Below, piece by piece: positions 41,045-57,230 of a stretch of DNA of 64,000 nt (positions within the stretch are counted from its first letter, which is position 1; the number at the start of each line of letters is the position of its first letter). The notes under the pieces were generated by a model that saw nothing but the letters and a program-made list of their open reading frames with translations, was not told where the DNA came from and searched no databases. Both the position numbers and the translations under genes were made by a program. The DNA comes from Octopus vulgaris (lineage: Eukaryota), in NCBI GenBank assembly GCA_951406725.2, contig OX597825.1, forward strand, positions 15,190,001 through 15,254,000, written 5' to 3'.

Positions 41045-41203
41045 TAAATTAGAGATAAAACCACTATATTTTTGCCTTTAATTTTCCCTCTCTTTGTACT
41101 CTATGCCAGTGTGCTCTGTTAATATATATAAATATCTCTATATTTATACTTGAATATACATCGTCTGAAAAATGTTCTCTTTTCTTTCTCTCTATTTACA
41201 TAT

Positions 41204-41251
<48 letters not shown>

Positions 41252-41281
41252 CTTATCTAACATAAAATGCTCTATGTCTTT

Positions 41282-41341
<60 letters not shown>

Positions 41342-42116
41342 ATACACACACGTCTATATTTGTATAGAGAGAGTGATACAAACAGAGGGAGTGTGATGCA
41401 TACACATACACACACTTCAGTAATTGTTTCCTGTATGAAACTAAAATATAAGTACCTCGTAAGATACTGGTGCCTTTTATGAACTATTCTTCTTCGTTAT
41501 AGCTATTACGCCAATGGGCGAGAAATGTTGCCATGGATTACAGCATCACAGCATTCTAATCAATAATCGTGAAGCTCTCCCCGAAGATCAGAACCTATTC
41601 ACAGCATCAAAGTAAGCAGAAATACTCCAATGCTTATGGAAATAAGCTATGATCTTCTATACAGGATTTTAAAGACATTTAATGCGTAAATCTTAAACTA
41701 TATGCATTTGGTTTTGTTTGTTTCGACTTCACTATAGTGTGTTAAGCGTCGAATCTTACAGTTCTGATCATTGCCGCGGTGCTCTCCACGGTGTGTTATG
41801 ATTCACATCACTTTACCTACAGTTCCACAAAACGATTATTTTCCTCTAAAACATGGCTTCCGCTTCAGGAGATCTTAATCACTTATCAACCTCAAATATT
41901 CCCATGGAAAAGAATTTTATTAGTTAAGCTTTAGAGATACAATACATACTTCCTAAATATTCTGTATGTTTTGGTAGAATTGATGCCTCTGTTTTCATAT
42001 GACTAGCGCGTTGCATACTATTATCGTATAGTAAAACATCGAACAGATTGCTTTCAAAATATATATTCCAAATGCCTATGTCTGTGTACGTATACACAGA
42101 GAAACATATGAATACA

Positions 42117-42217
<101 letters not shown>

Positions 42218-42218
42218 G

Positions 42219-42252
<34 letters not shown>

Positions 42253-42602
42253 CGGAGATGTACTCGCATAGCAAGTAATTTGATCTGAGATCGTGTGCTG
42301 AAACGAAAACAATTGTAGCGTGGAGGTGTTTATAAGCCATTTAAGAAACACACAAAAGCCGTTCGATTCACTCCAACATTTAAGTTTAATTTGTCAAAAT
42401 ATTTTCGTCGCTAAAATCCGCGACCTGTTCACTGACACAGTCCGTGCTGCATCTCCGAGATGCAGCACGGACTTTGTCAGTGAACAGGTCGCGGATTTTA
42501 GCGACGAAAATATTTTGACAAATTAAACTTAAATGTTGAGTGAATCGAACGGCTTTTGTGTGTTTCTTAAATGGCTTATAAACACCTCCCACGCTGCAAT
42601 TG

Positions 42603-42604
<2 letters not shown>
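42253..42604. mobile_element. Inverted PLE terminal-repeat pair, 148-bp arms centred on 42456, in (TA)n
   Basis: Arms 42308-42455 and 42457-42604 differ by about 2 substitutions and 2 indels; one-sided extension 42253-42307. Confidence 0.85.
42473..42522 (+). ncRNA. HHR variant with compensatory G3-C8 core (mirror copy 42390-42439 on the minus strand)
   Basis: TTTGTCA GTGAACA G GTCGC-GGATTTTA-GCGAC GAA AATATT T TGACAAA. Confidence 0.75.
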
Positions 42605-42641
<37 letters not shown>

Positions 42642-42680
42642 AATGTATATATATATATAGGTATATATATATATACACAC

Positions 42681-42776
<96 letters not shown>

Positions 42777-43372
42777 TGTGTGTGTGTGCGTGTGTGTGTA
42801 TAAAGTAAAAACAAAATCGAGAACTATGCTTGCATATGTATGTCCAGAGTCAACAGGTAAATATACCGGCTGTATAAAGGATACTTTTATAGGAGAGTAT
42901 TGTAGTTCGCTTGAGGCATACTGTATTGTTTGTAAAGAATAAAATAGTTTTGAATGGTACAGCAACGCACTATAATACAGACAAATACCTGTTGTAATTT
43001 AGTCATTCATAGTCTGATATGATATTTCGGAATGATATTCTTTCTTCGGATATTCTTTGGTGGAGTGGCTGCTGTAATCGGTTTTTTAACGGCTTTTCTT
43101 TTTTACTTTTTGGGAAGTGTCTCCGCAGTGGTCTCACGATGCTCCTTTTGGAATCCCAATGAGAAGTGTTTGAGGTCGGCCATGTCTCAATTTTGAGTGT
43201 GCTGATACATTCGTAGCGCAGCTTCCAAGTTAAGTATTATACCTGTAGCTTCCTTTTTTTTTAATTCTTTTTTTTAATATTGTTATCCCTTAGACGGTTA
43301 TTCCAACCTCTGACTCTACTAACCTTATATATGAAAATGTGTGTGTGTATGTGTGTGAGTGTGTGTGTATGT

Positions 43373-43410
<38 letters not shown>

Positions 43411-44128
43411 CTGCGTGTGTATCGTTGGCGATTTTCTTTCCCCATCTTCCCTTCCTTGGACCTTTCCCTTTTCTATGTTTCTGAAGAAGAGCTCCGCTGG
43501 AAACGCAGAATCCTTCTTGTTTCTTTCCTTTCCTGAACGTCCAATAACGCTATACTTGTTCCACATCTTCGCGTTGTTGTGTTCTCTCTTTGTGTTTTCA
43601 TATTTGGTTTAGCTATATATATATATATATATAAATAAGATGCATATCAGTGGCCATACGTATAAATAAGTATGTGTGCGTATATAAATGTGTTTGCTTG
43701 CGTGTGCGCATATGACGTTTGTATTTGTGCATACGCACTCATACACGCAGTTTATGAGCCTTCCATATTATTTTAAGATTACTTGCGTTGAAGAGATATT
43801 TAAGGAGAGTTTTAATTGCTAAAAATACCGGTGGACATTATATTCTAAATATTTAGTGGCAGAGCTTGGGAAGAATGCACGTATTGGTACAACTCAAATT
43901 TGAAACAATTATAAGATAGTAATGATATTCTATAAGTATATGCGTGTTTATGCTGCGGTTCAGACTATGAGTGGATTGGTATAACACCACTTTACCTACC
44001 AACATACATATATACTCCTTACGTACATGTTCTCCTACATGCTTGTCTGTGTGTGCATGTATATGTAAGTGTATACTCTTCTATATTTATATTTCCCTGT
44101 GCCTGTCCATATCTATATATATACATAC

Positions 44129-44188
<60 letters not shown>

Positions 44189-44318
44189 GTATATATATAT
44201 ATGTATGTATGTATGTAATTATGTATGTTTATATACACACATGTATGTATCTATATATTCCACCTTCCGTCTTTCATTTGCGATATACATATATATATGT
44301 CTGTGTGTCATTGCATGC

Positions 44319-44443
<125 letters not shown>

Positions 44444-44456
44444 CATATACATATAT

Positions 44457-44865
44457 AAGGCGAGCTTGCAGAATAACGAACACGCTGGGCAAAATTCTTA
44501 GCGTCATTACCTCTGTCCTAATGTTCTGAGTTCAAAATCCACTGGAGTCGACCTTGTCTTTCATCCGTTTTCGTGTCGATAAACTGAGTACCAGTTGCCC
44601 ACTGGGGTCAATGTAAGTAATTTACCTTCTCTTCCAGTCTTATATTTCTTCTTTATTATTGTCGGTACCTCTCAGGCGACGATCTGGCAGAATCTTTACC
44701 GAGCCGGAAAAAATGCTTGGTGAGGTTTCTTCCGAATTTACGTCTACTTTGTAACTTATCCACTTCGGAATCGATAAAATGAGTACCATTTGAGCACTGT
44801 GGTCGATGTAATCGATTTACTTGTTTCATCGAAAGTTCTGGCCATGTGCCAAGTTTTGAAACCAT
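44457..44865 (+). mobile_element. Two degenerate SINE family A copies
   Basis: TTCTGAGTTCAAAATCC..GTCGAC and TCGATAAAATGAGTACCA blocks. Confidence 0.7.
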
Positions 44866-45780
44866 TTTCGTCAGTACCTCTTATGAAGGTTAACTGCTCA
44901 GATTTTCCCAGATTAAATATATTACAGAGAAACTTTTATACCGTAATAAAACAGGACAGAAACCTATCCTGATTCTAATCTTCAGCAATTTCTTCTCTCA
45001 ATCTCTCTAATTTTCTTTCCCGTCTCTCACACTCTGTCTCTCAACCTGTCTCTCTCTTTCTCTTTATCTCTCTACTTTTCTGTCTATTCAAAAACGAAAA
45101 TTAAAATTTTAGTCAATAGGCTTCAATCATATTTTAATCAGGAAATTTTAATCAAGAGATTTGCATCGTATCTTAATCATTCTTGATCAAATTCGTTAAT
45201 AAACTGTACACAGGAAAAGCTATCCAATTAATTGCAACATTATAAAGTCTATTCGTATCAGGTGACACCTCATACATTCATTTTGTTTTCGAAGTTAGAC
45301 AGATTTTTGATATGATATGACATATGTCTTCAAAAATGAATGATGATATATCGAAGCACACACGCCTACACATACACAGGTGCATGCATATTCATTAAGT
45401 GTAACCTACCAGATACACGGCGAAATATCACAAAATTGAAAAAAATCTATAAATGTAATATATAAGCAGACATCACCATTAAAGTGTCACTGTAGATTCT
45501 GATTTAGTATCTCCCAAACTACCATAAACGACGAATGCGCGTATGTATGTATATACGTAAGTATGGGAAACATATGCAGTGATGTACATCCGAAATTTTG
45601 ATACAAGGCCTTCCAAGATTTGTATCAAAGTTTGGCATTGACCCTTACACAAACGGTATATGAGTGCGCACCGCAAAATCCTTTCTGTTATAGGCCTGAA
45701 GTTCCGGGAGAGGATACCAGTTGATTACATCCACCCTAGTATGTACCATCAAATAATAAGATAAATAATATATATATATA

Positions 45781-46165
45781 GGCGCAGGAGTGGCTGTGTG
45801 GTAAGTAGCTTGTTTACTGACCACATGGTTCAGGGTTCAGTCCCACTGCGTGGCATCTTGGGAAAGTGTCTTCTGCTATAGCCCCACGCCGACCAATGCC
45901 TTGTGAGTGGATTTGGTAGACGAAGCCTGTCGTATATATGTATATATATATGTATATGTATGTGTGTGTTTGTGTGTCTGTGTTTGTCCCTCTAGCATTG
46001 CTTGACAACCGATGCTGGTGTGTTTACGTCCCCGTCATCTAGCGGTTCGGCAAAAGAGACCGATAGAATAAGTACTGGGCTTATAAAAGAATAAGTCCCG
46101 GGGTCGATTTGCTCGACTAAAGGCGGTGCTCTAGCATGGGTGCAGTCAAATGTCTGAAGCAAGTA
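45781..46165 (+). mobile_element. SINE family C, near full length
   Basis: Head GGCGCAGGAGTGGCTGTGTGG...GGTTCAGTCCC with internal microsatellite; inverted copy at 53077-53425. Confidence 0.88.
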
Positions 46166-46914
46166 AAAAAAAGAATAGAAGAGTATATATGCATATATAT
46201 GCACACACACACACACATATACACACACATATATATATATATATATATCCATATATATGGGTACAGGAAGTCACAAATAATAAGCAACATGAAATACGAG
46301 AACAAATGAGTTGAATATGTAACCAACGAGCTAAACGAATGGAAAAGAAGACAATTAACATAAAGAACGGCACTTCATTTGTCCGCTGCCGATCTACTTC
46401 TCATTACGAGCACTGAACGACAATGTGAGACTTCGAATATAGTTGCTCCCACAAAAACCAAAAGTTGAGATTTATGGGGGTAAAAGTTGGTAACAAAAAC
46501 GGGACAGTGGAGACGTAGAAGGAAATGGAACGAAAGCATACATGGAGGGTCGTTAGACCAGACGATGGTAAAATAGCGAACGCTGGAGAAATATTTTGTT
46601 TGATGAGAGAAAAGATAGAAGAGAGAGAGTTAGATAGGACACCTCCAGCCTCTAGGACATACCTGAAAGAAAAGAAAGATGAACCCAGGAGTGCATGTAT
46701 GTGTGTGCACGTGCGTGTGTTTGTGTGTGTGTGTTTACAATCGGTTTTGATGTGTTAACGTCCCCGTAATTTAGCAGTTCTGAAAAAGATACCGATAAAA
46801 TAAGTTCCACCCTTACATAGAAAATCGATTGACATTCCTGAAGGTGGTGTCCCAGCATAAAAAGTAAAAGATGAATATTTTCTGAGCACGGTTTCCACTT
46901 ATATATATATAAAG

Positions 46915-47937
<1,023 letters not shown>

Positions 47938-48652
47938 TTATATTTATATATATATATATATATACGCATTATTTCACCTACAGACGTATAGGAAAGATGA
48001 AGCATGGCTCTTTGTTTGACATTTATCTTTTAATATGCGTGTGTTTCGTATTTGTATGTATGTGAATATATTTGTGTGACTTTTCGCCTGTCTATATATG
48101 TATTGCTCTGAAAACGCTTGACGTTAGCACAGGTGAAGTAATTATATACAACATAGTCACATTTTCTAATTCACTACGGCTTTAAAAATTGATGCAGTTT
48201 TATTTAAGATAATTGAAGTTCGAAACTCTACTGCCATACCAATATTTGTATAGCTACTTCTTCAACGAATTTTGAATCTAACGTCTGCCCTTCCCTCGCT
48301 TCCTCTCTTATACACACTACCTCTTCGAAAGCTTAATCATAATAGTAATCAGAAGATTCCAATCATATTTTAATTAGGACATTATAATGAAGCAATTTTT
48401 ATCAAGGGATGTTAATGATATCTTAATCGTTCTCGATCAAAATAGTTAAATGAACTGTTCAAATCAATTTCGGTACTATAGTTTGTTAGTGTATGACAAT
48501 TAAAAACATCAACTTTGTTTTCAAAGTCACATATATATCTGCTTCAAATATATCTGTATCCAAACGCGGAAACACGCATATAACATGTGACAGAAAAGCA
48601 AAGAAGTGTACACTGAACATAGATACATCAATGGAAGAAACAGAACAGAACT

Positions 48653-48721
<69 letters not shown>

Positions 48722-48754
48722 AATGTATATATTTATATAAATATATGAATACAA

Positions 48755-49129
48755 AGTACAATGAAACACATAGGAAGCATTCATCATAGGAGTCCTTTCA
48801 CGCTAGACAGTACAGTTAAATTCCAAACCACTATTAGGGATAAAACTTCGGAGGGAATGAAAAATATTTAAAAAAAACATAGTTTTCATTCCTATACATC
48901 CAGGATTTAGATGGTATATGTTTTTATTTTTCATTCCCTTCGAAGTTTTATCCCTAATAGTAGTTTGGAATTTAACTGTCTAGCGTGCAAGGAGTCCTAT
49001 GACGGATGCCTCTTATGTGTTTAAATGTACGCTGTAGTTATATGAATAATATATAGTCTATTGCCTAAATTTTTTCACGCTAGGCCACTGGTAGTAGAAA
49101 CTTCTAATTTCTTATTACCCTTGATATTA

Positions 49130-49140
<11 letters not shown>
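48755..49140. mobile_element. Foldback element, same family as 24672-25029, opposite orientation
   Basis: Arms about 48755-48880 and 48915-49030; extension runs to (TA)n. Confidence 0.8.
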
Positions 49141-49213
<73 letters not shown>

Positions 49214-49599
49214 CATCAACAGGAATTCCTTAATAATGGATTAGTAATCCAAGCAAAATACTTCGTAAGTTCTCTACAGATAAAAGATTTAGTGACTGGC
49301 ATTGATCTCCATGTACTTCGAAATCGAAATCCCAATTATAAAATTGAATTTTAAAACAGCATCCTAAATGATGAGAATTAACTGATGCTATACCGATTAG
49401 TTTTATACCTTCTGCTCAAGAATGCTAATGTAACATAAGATTTTCTGTGACAAATGTATGTACGATGATGTCAGTACTATTTCGCGAGATATTAGTCTTC
49501 AGTCATATGATCAACAATAAGCTAGGAAGAAAATGAATATTCACCTGTATAGTATAGGTAATTTAGGAAAATGTTCAAATGAACTATTTCACCATGTCT

Positions 49600-50399
49600 G
49601 GTAGTAATAGTTTTACCTTTGCAATAGATAGCAAAACTGGTCTCAGCGTTCTGGCCACTTTGGAATCTGGCCTGGAAGTCGTTTTCTGTAAGTGAGTTGC
49701 GGACCTTCTACGATCCTCTCTGGAACTCGACAACGGTATTAAAACAGCGACCTCTGAGATGCATTTTCATTTTGAGGGAGAGAGGGAAGTCCGCATGTGC
49801 CAAAATCTGATGAATAAGGCCGGTGCGGAAGCGATACCGTGTCGTTTTCTGCGAGAAACACACGAGTGAGCAGAGTTCGGCAAAAGGGTGCACTGTCCAA
49901 TTCTTTGCGCTCGACAGATTCGCTCGCTTTCGATGAATATTTTCCCTTAAACGCCTCAAAGCGTCGCAGTAGAACTCTCGATTGACGGTTTGGCCTTGGG
50001 CTCGAACTCTCGATGCACAATACCACATTTGCGGGGTTGACACTCATGGCAGATCTTCCAGATCGTTCATTGTGTTCCAGGAACGTTTCTCCGCCTATGA
50101 AGCTGCCCTGTCACTCGAGACATTACGAAATATTGTCTTGTTGTCGTAATCGTGCCGAAGCATGCTCAACGTCTCTGCAGCAGACTCCACAAGTTTAACG
50201 CCAAATTACAAGTTGGCTCTTTGTTCCTGTCCATCACTAAAACACACATTTTCACAACTTGTGATGTAAACAGAGCGATGTCCCTCGGCACACTGCCCCA
50301 TGAAGATCTATGCTAGCTCTCACTGAGCACGCGTGCATGCGCTGCCATCTGTGTTTGTGCGCCAAAGGACTAGTCCTGGAACTGTTTGGTACCACCTCG
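49600..50399 (-). mobile_element. Degenerate mariner element
   Basis: GQTVNREFYCDALRRLRENIHRKR and LPHRPYSSD motifs; 5' TIR CGAGGTGGTACCAAACAGTTCCAGGACTAG next to TA at 50400. Confidence 0.85.
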
Positions 50400-50617
50400 T
50401 ATGATATCTTAGATGTTTTACTACTCCTCGATGTATAAGCCTTTATACATTCATGTGAGGATGGGATGCGGGTGGGATGTTTGTATCTGCCTGGATCACT
50501 GTATGTGTAAGTGTGTGCCCGATGTCTGTGAATGAATGTACATGTGTATGCATATATGTGTGTGTACTTTGGCGCATTACTAATGCATAAGACATTCGTG
50601 TGTCTGCATATATATAT

Positions 50618-50679
<62 letters not shown>

Positions 50680-50743
50680 GTATGTATGTATGTATGTATG
50701 TATTTATGTATGTATGTATGTATGTATGTAAGTATATGCATAT

Positions 50744-51070
50744 AAATTAGAAAAAAACACCTTTTATCAATCAAAATGAAATATTAAATTACACCATTTA
50801 GAAAATTATATCATATATATTATATACCAAATACATACGTTTAATTATTTTGCCTATTATTTAATCATCGGTATATTATTGTTGTTTTATATTTAATTAT
50901 TATATGTAATTTTCTAGATGATGTAATTAAATTTTTCCTTTTGAATTCATAAAAGGGGTTTTTTTTCTAAATAATATATAAATTATATTTTGTGAAACTT
51001 GATTTACTATTTCTAAATTGAAATTTTCCCTCTAAGTTAGGAACAATATTCCTTCAAATTAATATCAATA
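50744..51070. repeat. AT-rich foldback (arms about 50744-50815 and 50900-50972) with one-sided extension
   Basis: TTAGAAAAAAACACCTTTTAT versus ATAAAAGGGGTTTTTTTTCTAA. Confidence 0.6.
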
Positions 51071-51071
51071 T

Positions 51072-51123
<52 letters not shown>

Positions 51124-51624
51124 TGTGTGTGGCTGATAGTATATGTTCGTATATATGTTTGCGTAATGATAGACCAGAGTATGATTCCTTCTGCATGCAC
51201 TAACTAGGAATGGCTCATGCAAGACGATGTCGTCACATGTCTGCGTTGAATGATATTCCAGATTTCCAGATTTCAACAAAGATGTGAAGTTCTAAATTTC
51301 TAATTAATAAGAATACATATTATTTTCGATAGCATTTCATCGATTCTTCATTCATTTTCTTTGATATATTTCCTGTTTACCAGACATAATTAAAGTTTCA
51401 AAAGTAATAATATACACATAGAAAACTGTTAATATATATATACGTACATATATACGTGTGTGTGTGTGTGTTGACGTGCGTGCATAAATGTATACATATG
51501 TATATTTACATAAAGAATATGCGTTCGTGTTTGTGTGTATGTATATATGTATACGTCTTTCAGTTTGGGGTTATATAGTTTGAAAAAACACACATATCTC
51601 CATTAAAGATATTTATATTTATTT

Positions 51625-51943
<319 letters not shown>

Positions 51944-52183
51944 CGGAAAATGTATGGAGAAATGGACATTTTGATATATTTTCGTACACTGTAGCATTTA
52001 CGTACATGTATCACTAAGGTATCAATCAACTTATACATTATTGATCTGGAGCCTGAATACATACATTCTCTACAATCATCAATTATAAACTGACAAATTT
52101 ATGAAGAAATCAAAAAAAAAAAATGTTGTTTTTTTAAAGTAAATTATACAAATTATGACAGAAAAAAAAAACGAAATTCTGAA

Positions 52184-52474
52184 AAAGAAGAAGAAGAAGA
52201 AGAAGAAGAAGAAGAAGAAGAAGAAGAAGAAGAAGAAGAAGAAGAAGAAGAAGAAGAAGAAGAGAAGAAGAAGAAGAAGAAGAAGAAGAAGGAGGAGAAG
52301 AAGAAGGAGAAGAAGAAGAAGGAGAAGAAGAAGGAGAAGAAGAAAGAAGAGAAATAAAAGAAGAAGGAGGAGGAGAAGAAGGAGAAGTAGAAAAAAGAAA
52401 TAAAAGAAGAAGGAGGAGGAGAAGAAGGAGAAGAAGAAGAAGAAGAAGAAGAAGAAGAAGAAGAAGAAGAAGAA

Positions 52475-52530
<56 letters not shown>

Positions 52531-52556
52531 AGAAGAAGAAGAAGAAGAAGAAGAAG
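52184..52556. repeat. (AAG)n/(AGG)n polypurine microsatellite followed by (GAT)n
   Basis: Directly visible. Confidence 0.98.
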
Positions 52557-53076
52557 CGCAATAACTTTGTCTCTGTTGATGATGATGATGATGAGGATGA
52601 TGATGATGAGGATGATGATGATTATGATAACGACCTTTGCCCTTCAGAAATAATAAATTTCCACTTTGTCTATAACTGGAGTGAGGTAGAGCCGCAGCTC
52701 TAAGACGGCGGCGGGGTGAAATTGCAAATAATTAACAGCGAAAGGAGAAGATAGTAACTGAACCAAAATAACTATGCCGTATCAAGAAATAATTTTAGTT
52801 TAATAAATTGCGAGCGACACATTGTGTCAGTTTTATAAAGTGGAGCGAAGTGCTAAACTACAGAAGTGCATTTTATTGGTTCCTTATGACAGTATCAGGT
52901 TGATTAATATACTCAACCACTGACCTTGGTTGCTATGAGTTCAAATCCTTCAACTGCTACTAAAATGGCTTCTTTAAAAAGGGGGGAAAGCTTTTTATTT
53001 CTTGATGTAGCTGAGATGTAGTCTTTCTTTCTTGTTAGACTTTAAAAATATATTTCTGTTTTTATTCTTTTACTCA

Positions 53077-53425
53077 TTTACTTGTTTCAGTCATTTGACA
53101 GCGGCCATGCTGGAGCACCGCCTTTATCGAGAAAATCGACCCCCAGGACTTATTCTTTGTAAGCCTATTACTTGTTCTATCAGTCTCTTTTGCTGAACCG
53201 CTAAGTTACGGGGACGTAAACACACCATCATCGGTTGTCAAGCAATGTTAGGGGGACAAATGCAGACACACAAACATATTTTCCGTCAACCAAATCCACT
53301 CACAAGGCTTTGGTCGACCCGAGACTATAGTAGAAGACACTTGCCCAAAATTCCACGCAGTGGGACTGAACCCAGAACCATGTGGCTGGTAAGCAAAATA
53401 CTTACCACACAGCCACTCATACGCC
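53077..53425 (-). mobile_element. SINE family C
   Basis: Reverse complement of 45781-46165. Confidence 0.88.
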
Positions 53426-53692
53426 TATATATCTAAATCCTGTTTAATACCCTGACCTGAAAGAAGTTATCACAAACAACAAGGGACCCTTACATAAAAT
53501 AAGAATGCGATTTTACATCCTGATACATGGCTACGTTTATGTATCAGGATGGAAACGCTTTAGCTGCAAAAGCGGTAGTTCATATGATAGCAAAGGTATT
53601 TTGTGCATAAAAAGTGGTTTATGTGAAATGGTTTTTTTCTCTCGTTTTCTGGAATTTTCCACCTGGTGTGATGCCAGACGACATCCGTGGGT

Positions 53693-53973
53693 GTGAAGGC
53701 ACACGATCTTAATTTCAATTCTCGGTGACGCCTTGTGTCCTTCGGTAATACACTTTATTTCACGTTGCTCCAGTCCACTCAACTGGCAAAAATGAGCAGT
53801 ACCTTTATTTCAAATTGCCAGCCTTGTCGCACTGTGTCACGCTGAATCTTCCTGAGAACTACGTTATGGGTACGGATGTCTGAGGAGTGCTCACTTTCAC
53901 ATTAAATTCATGAGCAGGCTGTTCCGTTGATCGTATCAACTGGAACCCTCGTCGTCATAACCGACGGAGTGCC
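53693..53973 (+). mobile_element. Older SINE with core-type body and tail type i
   Basis: TTTCACGTTGCTCCAGTCCACTC as in 37116, plus a tail as in 54068-54450. Confidence 0.75.
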
Positions 53974-54067
53974 CTGACATGTGTGGGTACGTTATTTATG
54001 TAGCAGTTAACTAGACCTCTAGGCAGCATGGACTTCCGGGCAGTGCTAAGAATTATTGTTGAGGTTG

Positions 54068-54450
54068 GGTGGAGACGCAATGGCCCAATGGTTAGGGCAA
54101 CGGATTCGCGGTCATAGGATCGCGGTTTCGATTCCCAGACCGGGTGTTGTGAGTGTTTATTGAGCGAAAACACCTAAAAAAGCTCCACGAGGCTCCGGCA
54201 GGGGATGGTGGTGATCCCTGCTGTACTCTTTCACCACAACTTTCTCTTACTTCCTGTTTCTGTTGTACCTGTATTTCAAGGGGCCGGGCTTGTCACTCTC
54301 TGTGTCACGCTGAATATCCCCGAGAATTATGTTAAGGGTGCACGTGTCTGTGGAGTGCTCAGCCACTTACACGTTAATTTCACGAGCAGGCTGTTCCGTT
54401 GATTCGGATCAACCGGAACCCTCATCGTCGTAACCGACGGAGTGCTTCCA
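54068..54450 (+). mobile_element. Full-length SINE family B (tail i)
   Basis: TSD TGTTGAGGTTG at 54057-54067 and 54451-54461. Confidence 0.92.
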
Positions 54451-55114
54451 TGTTGAGGTTGTGCCTGATCTAGGATTATGTCCACGTTACATGAAGTGTG
54501 TAGTGCTCATATTTTCGAAAATAACACTTTGCTTGTCACATTTCTTTTGCGTTTAACAACTTCTTAACGTAATTGCTTGGCTGTAAGACTTCATTTATTT
54601 CATACAGCCTATTTATTAGTTTTGCCACTTTATAGCAATTAAAAGTAATTAAGTTCGTATCTCTTCGAGAAATATATTTTGTAATCATTTGATTATTATT
54701 ATTTTTGTAATTCCTACTTTATCTACAAAAATTATTTTCTTTTCTTCTTCCACTACGATTCGTTCCTCCTTCAGTTACCCTGATGCTGTTTCTAGCCATG
54801 CTACTTATAAGAGATTCTTGTATGTTCCATTCTCGTTTGTGACAGATATCACTATGATTCCGATTAAGCGGTTGTTTTAGTGAATATGATAAGAAATTTA
54901 AACAGTTGTTTAAAAATGCAAGTAACTGTGGCATTAAAAATGCTGAAGGTCTTCATCGTTTATTGAATGAATCTGAGATGCATGTCTATCTGTTTGCTGT
55001 GGGGGTATATTTATAATTATTTTTGAAGTGGTGTACAGGTATTATATACGAAGTAAAATGCTATAAGTTTATAAGTTTCTCATTGGCAACGTGGATAAGT
55101 GTTTTCTAAAATAG

Positions 55115-55845
55115 ACCCGTCTGTGTGGATTCGGTAGATGTGTGTGCCTTTATGTCAATATCCCACCACTATCGCTTGTCAACCTATGTTAATATCTTTA
55201 GATCGCCTTAAATTAGTGGTTCGGGAAAAGAGACCGATAGAATAAGTACTGGGCATACAAAGAATAGCTCCTGGAGTCGATTCGTTCAACTAAAGTCGGT
55301 GCTCCAGCATAATCGCGCTCAAATTACTGAAACAAGTAAAAGAATAAAGTGTATATATATTTTTTTTTATCGTTTTATCATTTTACTTGTTCTAGTCATG
55401 AGATTTCAGCCATGTCCACATTTAAAAGATTTTAGGCGAACAAATCGATCTCAATACTCATTTCTTTAAAGCCCGGTACATATTCCATCGGCGCTTTGGC
55501 TGAATCGCGAATGTTATGGGAGACTTAAATACAATAACACACAAATACCGGTTACCAAGTATGTGTGGGGAGAGGCAGAACAGAGATACACCCACAGTCA
55601 TATATACCTACATACATACATACATATACTTATATATATACATATATATATATATACATATATATATACATACATATATATATACATACATACACAGACA
55701 CACATATATATAATCAATATAATATAATGTGTATATATGTCACGAGTTTCTTATAGTTACCGTCTAACGTGTCCACACACAAGTATCCGTCTACCGAATC
55801 GACTCAGACCGGACCTATTGTAGAAAACACTTATCCAAGTTGCCT
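55115..55845. mobile_element. Two degenerate family C SINEs, tail-to-tail (about 55115-55350 plus, 55375-55845 minus)
   Basis: AAGAGACCGATAGAATAAGTAC block and its reverse-complement relatives. Confidence 0.65.
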
Positions 55846-56555
55846 TTTATCCAAACAAATTGATTTTTGGTGAGAGTACAGACAAGTTCAGCAGGAAGTA
55901 GCCCAACGATATATTGGTCATCTATATTTTTTTCTTAAGGTAAAAATTGGTCTAAAATTTATTACAAAATTTTTCAAAATATTGATTATTTTATCACGAG
56001 TTGCCTAGAAGCAAATTTTATATACACACGTGTGTATATTAATCTATAGAATAAAGAAGTTACGTAATGCAAAATTATCCGATAGAATTAGGTCCATAGA
56101 TAAAACCTCAAAAATAGTAATTTTGCAAATCTGATACAAACTAAATTATATAGAATTATTCAGCACCACCGGAAAATTCTCGACATTTTAACATTTCAGA
56201 ACTAGAATTGTCGTAACAGCAGATGCACTGGAAACAAAGTAGAATTCACAGGAAACTTTATGTTCCCTTTGAGGCTGAATTCAATAATAGGAATCTCGAA
56301 GTTCTTTTTTACGTATTGTTTGAAATCTAATTTTCATTACAACTGCCTAAAGATAATATGATGCTGAAAGAAATTTCCTGATGGTCAAATGGAAAAAATA
56401 GATTTCCCAAGATGTTCCATAGTGATTAGATATTTCTGAATCATCAGCCATAATATTGTGTGCTTATAGAGAGACAGTAGCCATGAGAATAAAACATGAT
56501 TTATGGTCGTTCACAGCCTCCTAATTTGATATGAAGGTAAACGTAAGGATTTACA

Positions 56556-56635
<80 letters not shown>

Positions 56636-56849
56636 TGTATATATGCATATAGTAGAACAGGTTTTCCCGCGCATAAATACAAACAATAAATATGTAGCTA
56701 TTACAATACTTACTTATTAACTCAGCGATAATATTTTAAAAAGTTCCACCGACACTCTTTGTTCAGTCGAGAAAACGATTTTCCTTTATCGTGAAGTATA
56801 TTTTCCACCTAAATGTGGCTAACCGTTAAGGGTCGATGCTACTGTAGAT

Positions 56850-57230
56850 TGTAACCTTATTGATAAAGAGCGATTAGACAGACCATCCACTACAGATGAT
56901 GACCAAATCAAGTCATTAATTATGTTACCCCACCCTCCATATTCACCAGATATTGCTCCTTCGGATTTCTACTTATTCAGGTCTTTGCAGAATAGTCTTA
57001 ATGGTAAAAATTTCAATTCTTTGGACGACGTAAAAAGATACCTTGATGAGTTCTTTGCCATGAAACCATCTCAATTCTGGGAAGAGGGTATTTTCAATTT
57101 AAAGGAAAGATGGCGATGCATTGTGCAACAAAATGGTTCATATTTGGTTGATTAAAAATGTAATGGCAAGTATTTATTGACCTTTTTCTTTCCTTTAGAA
57201 GTCGGCACGAACTTTCCGGACAACAAAATA
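56850..57230 (+). mobile_element. Internally deleted mariner (D34D) 3' remnant
   Basis: ORF 56922-57155 LPHPPYSPDIAPSDFYLFRSLQNSL...WRCIVQQNGSY; upstream DKER..RPSTTDDDQIK piece; TIR-like GGCACGAACTTTCCGGACAAC. Confidence 0.9.
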
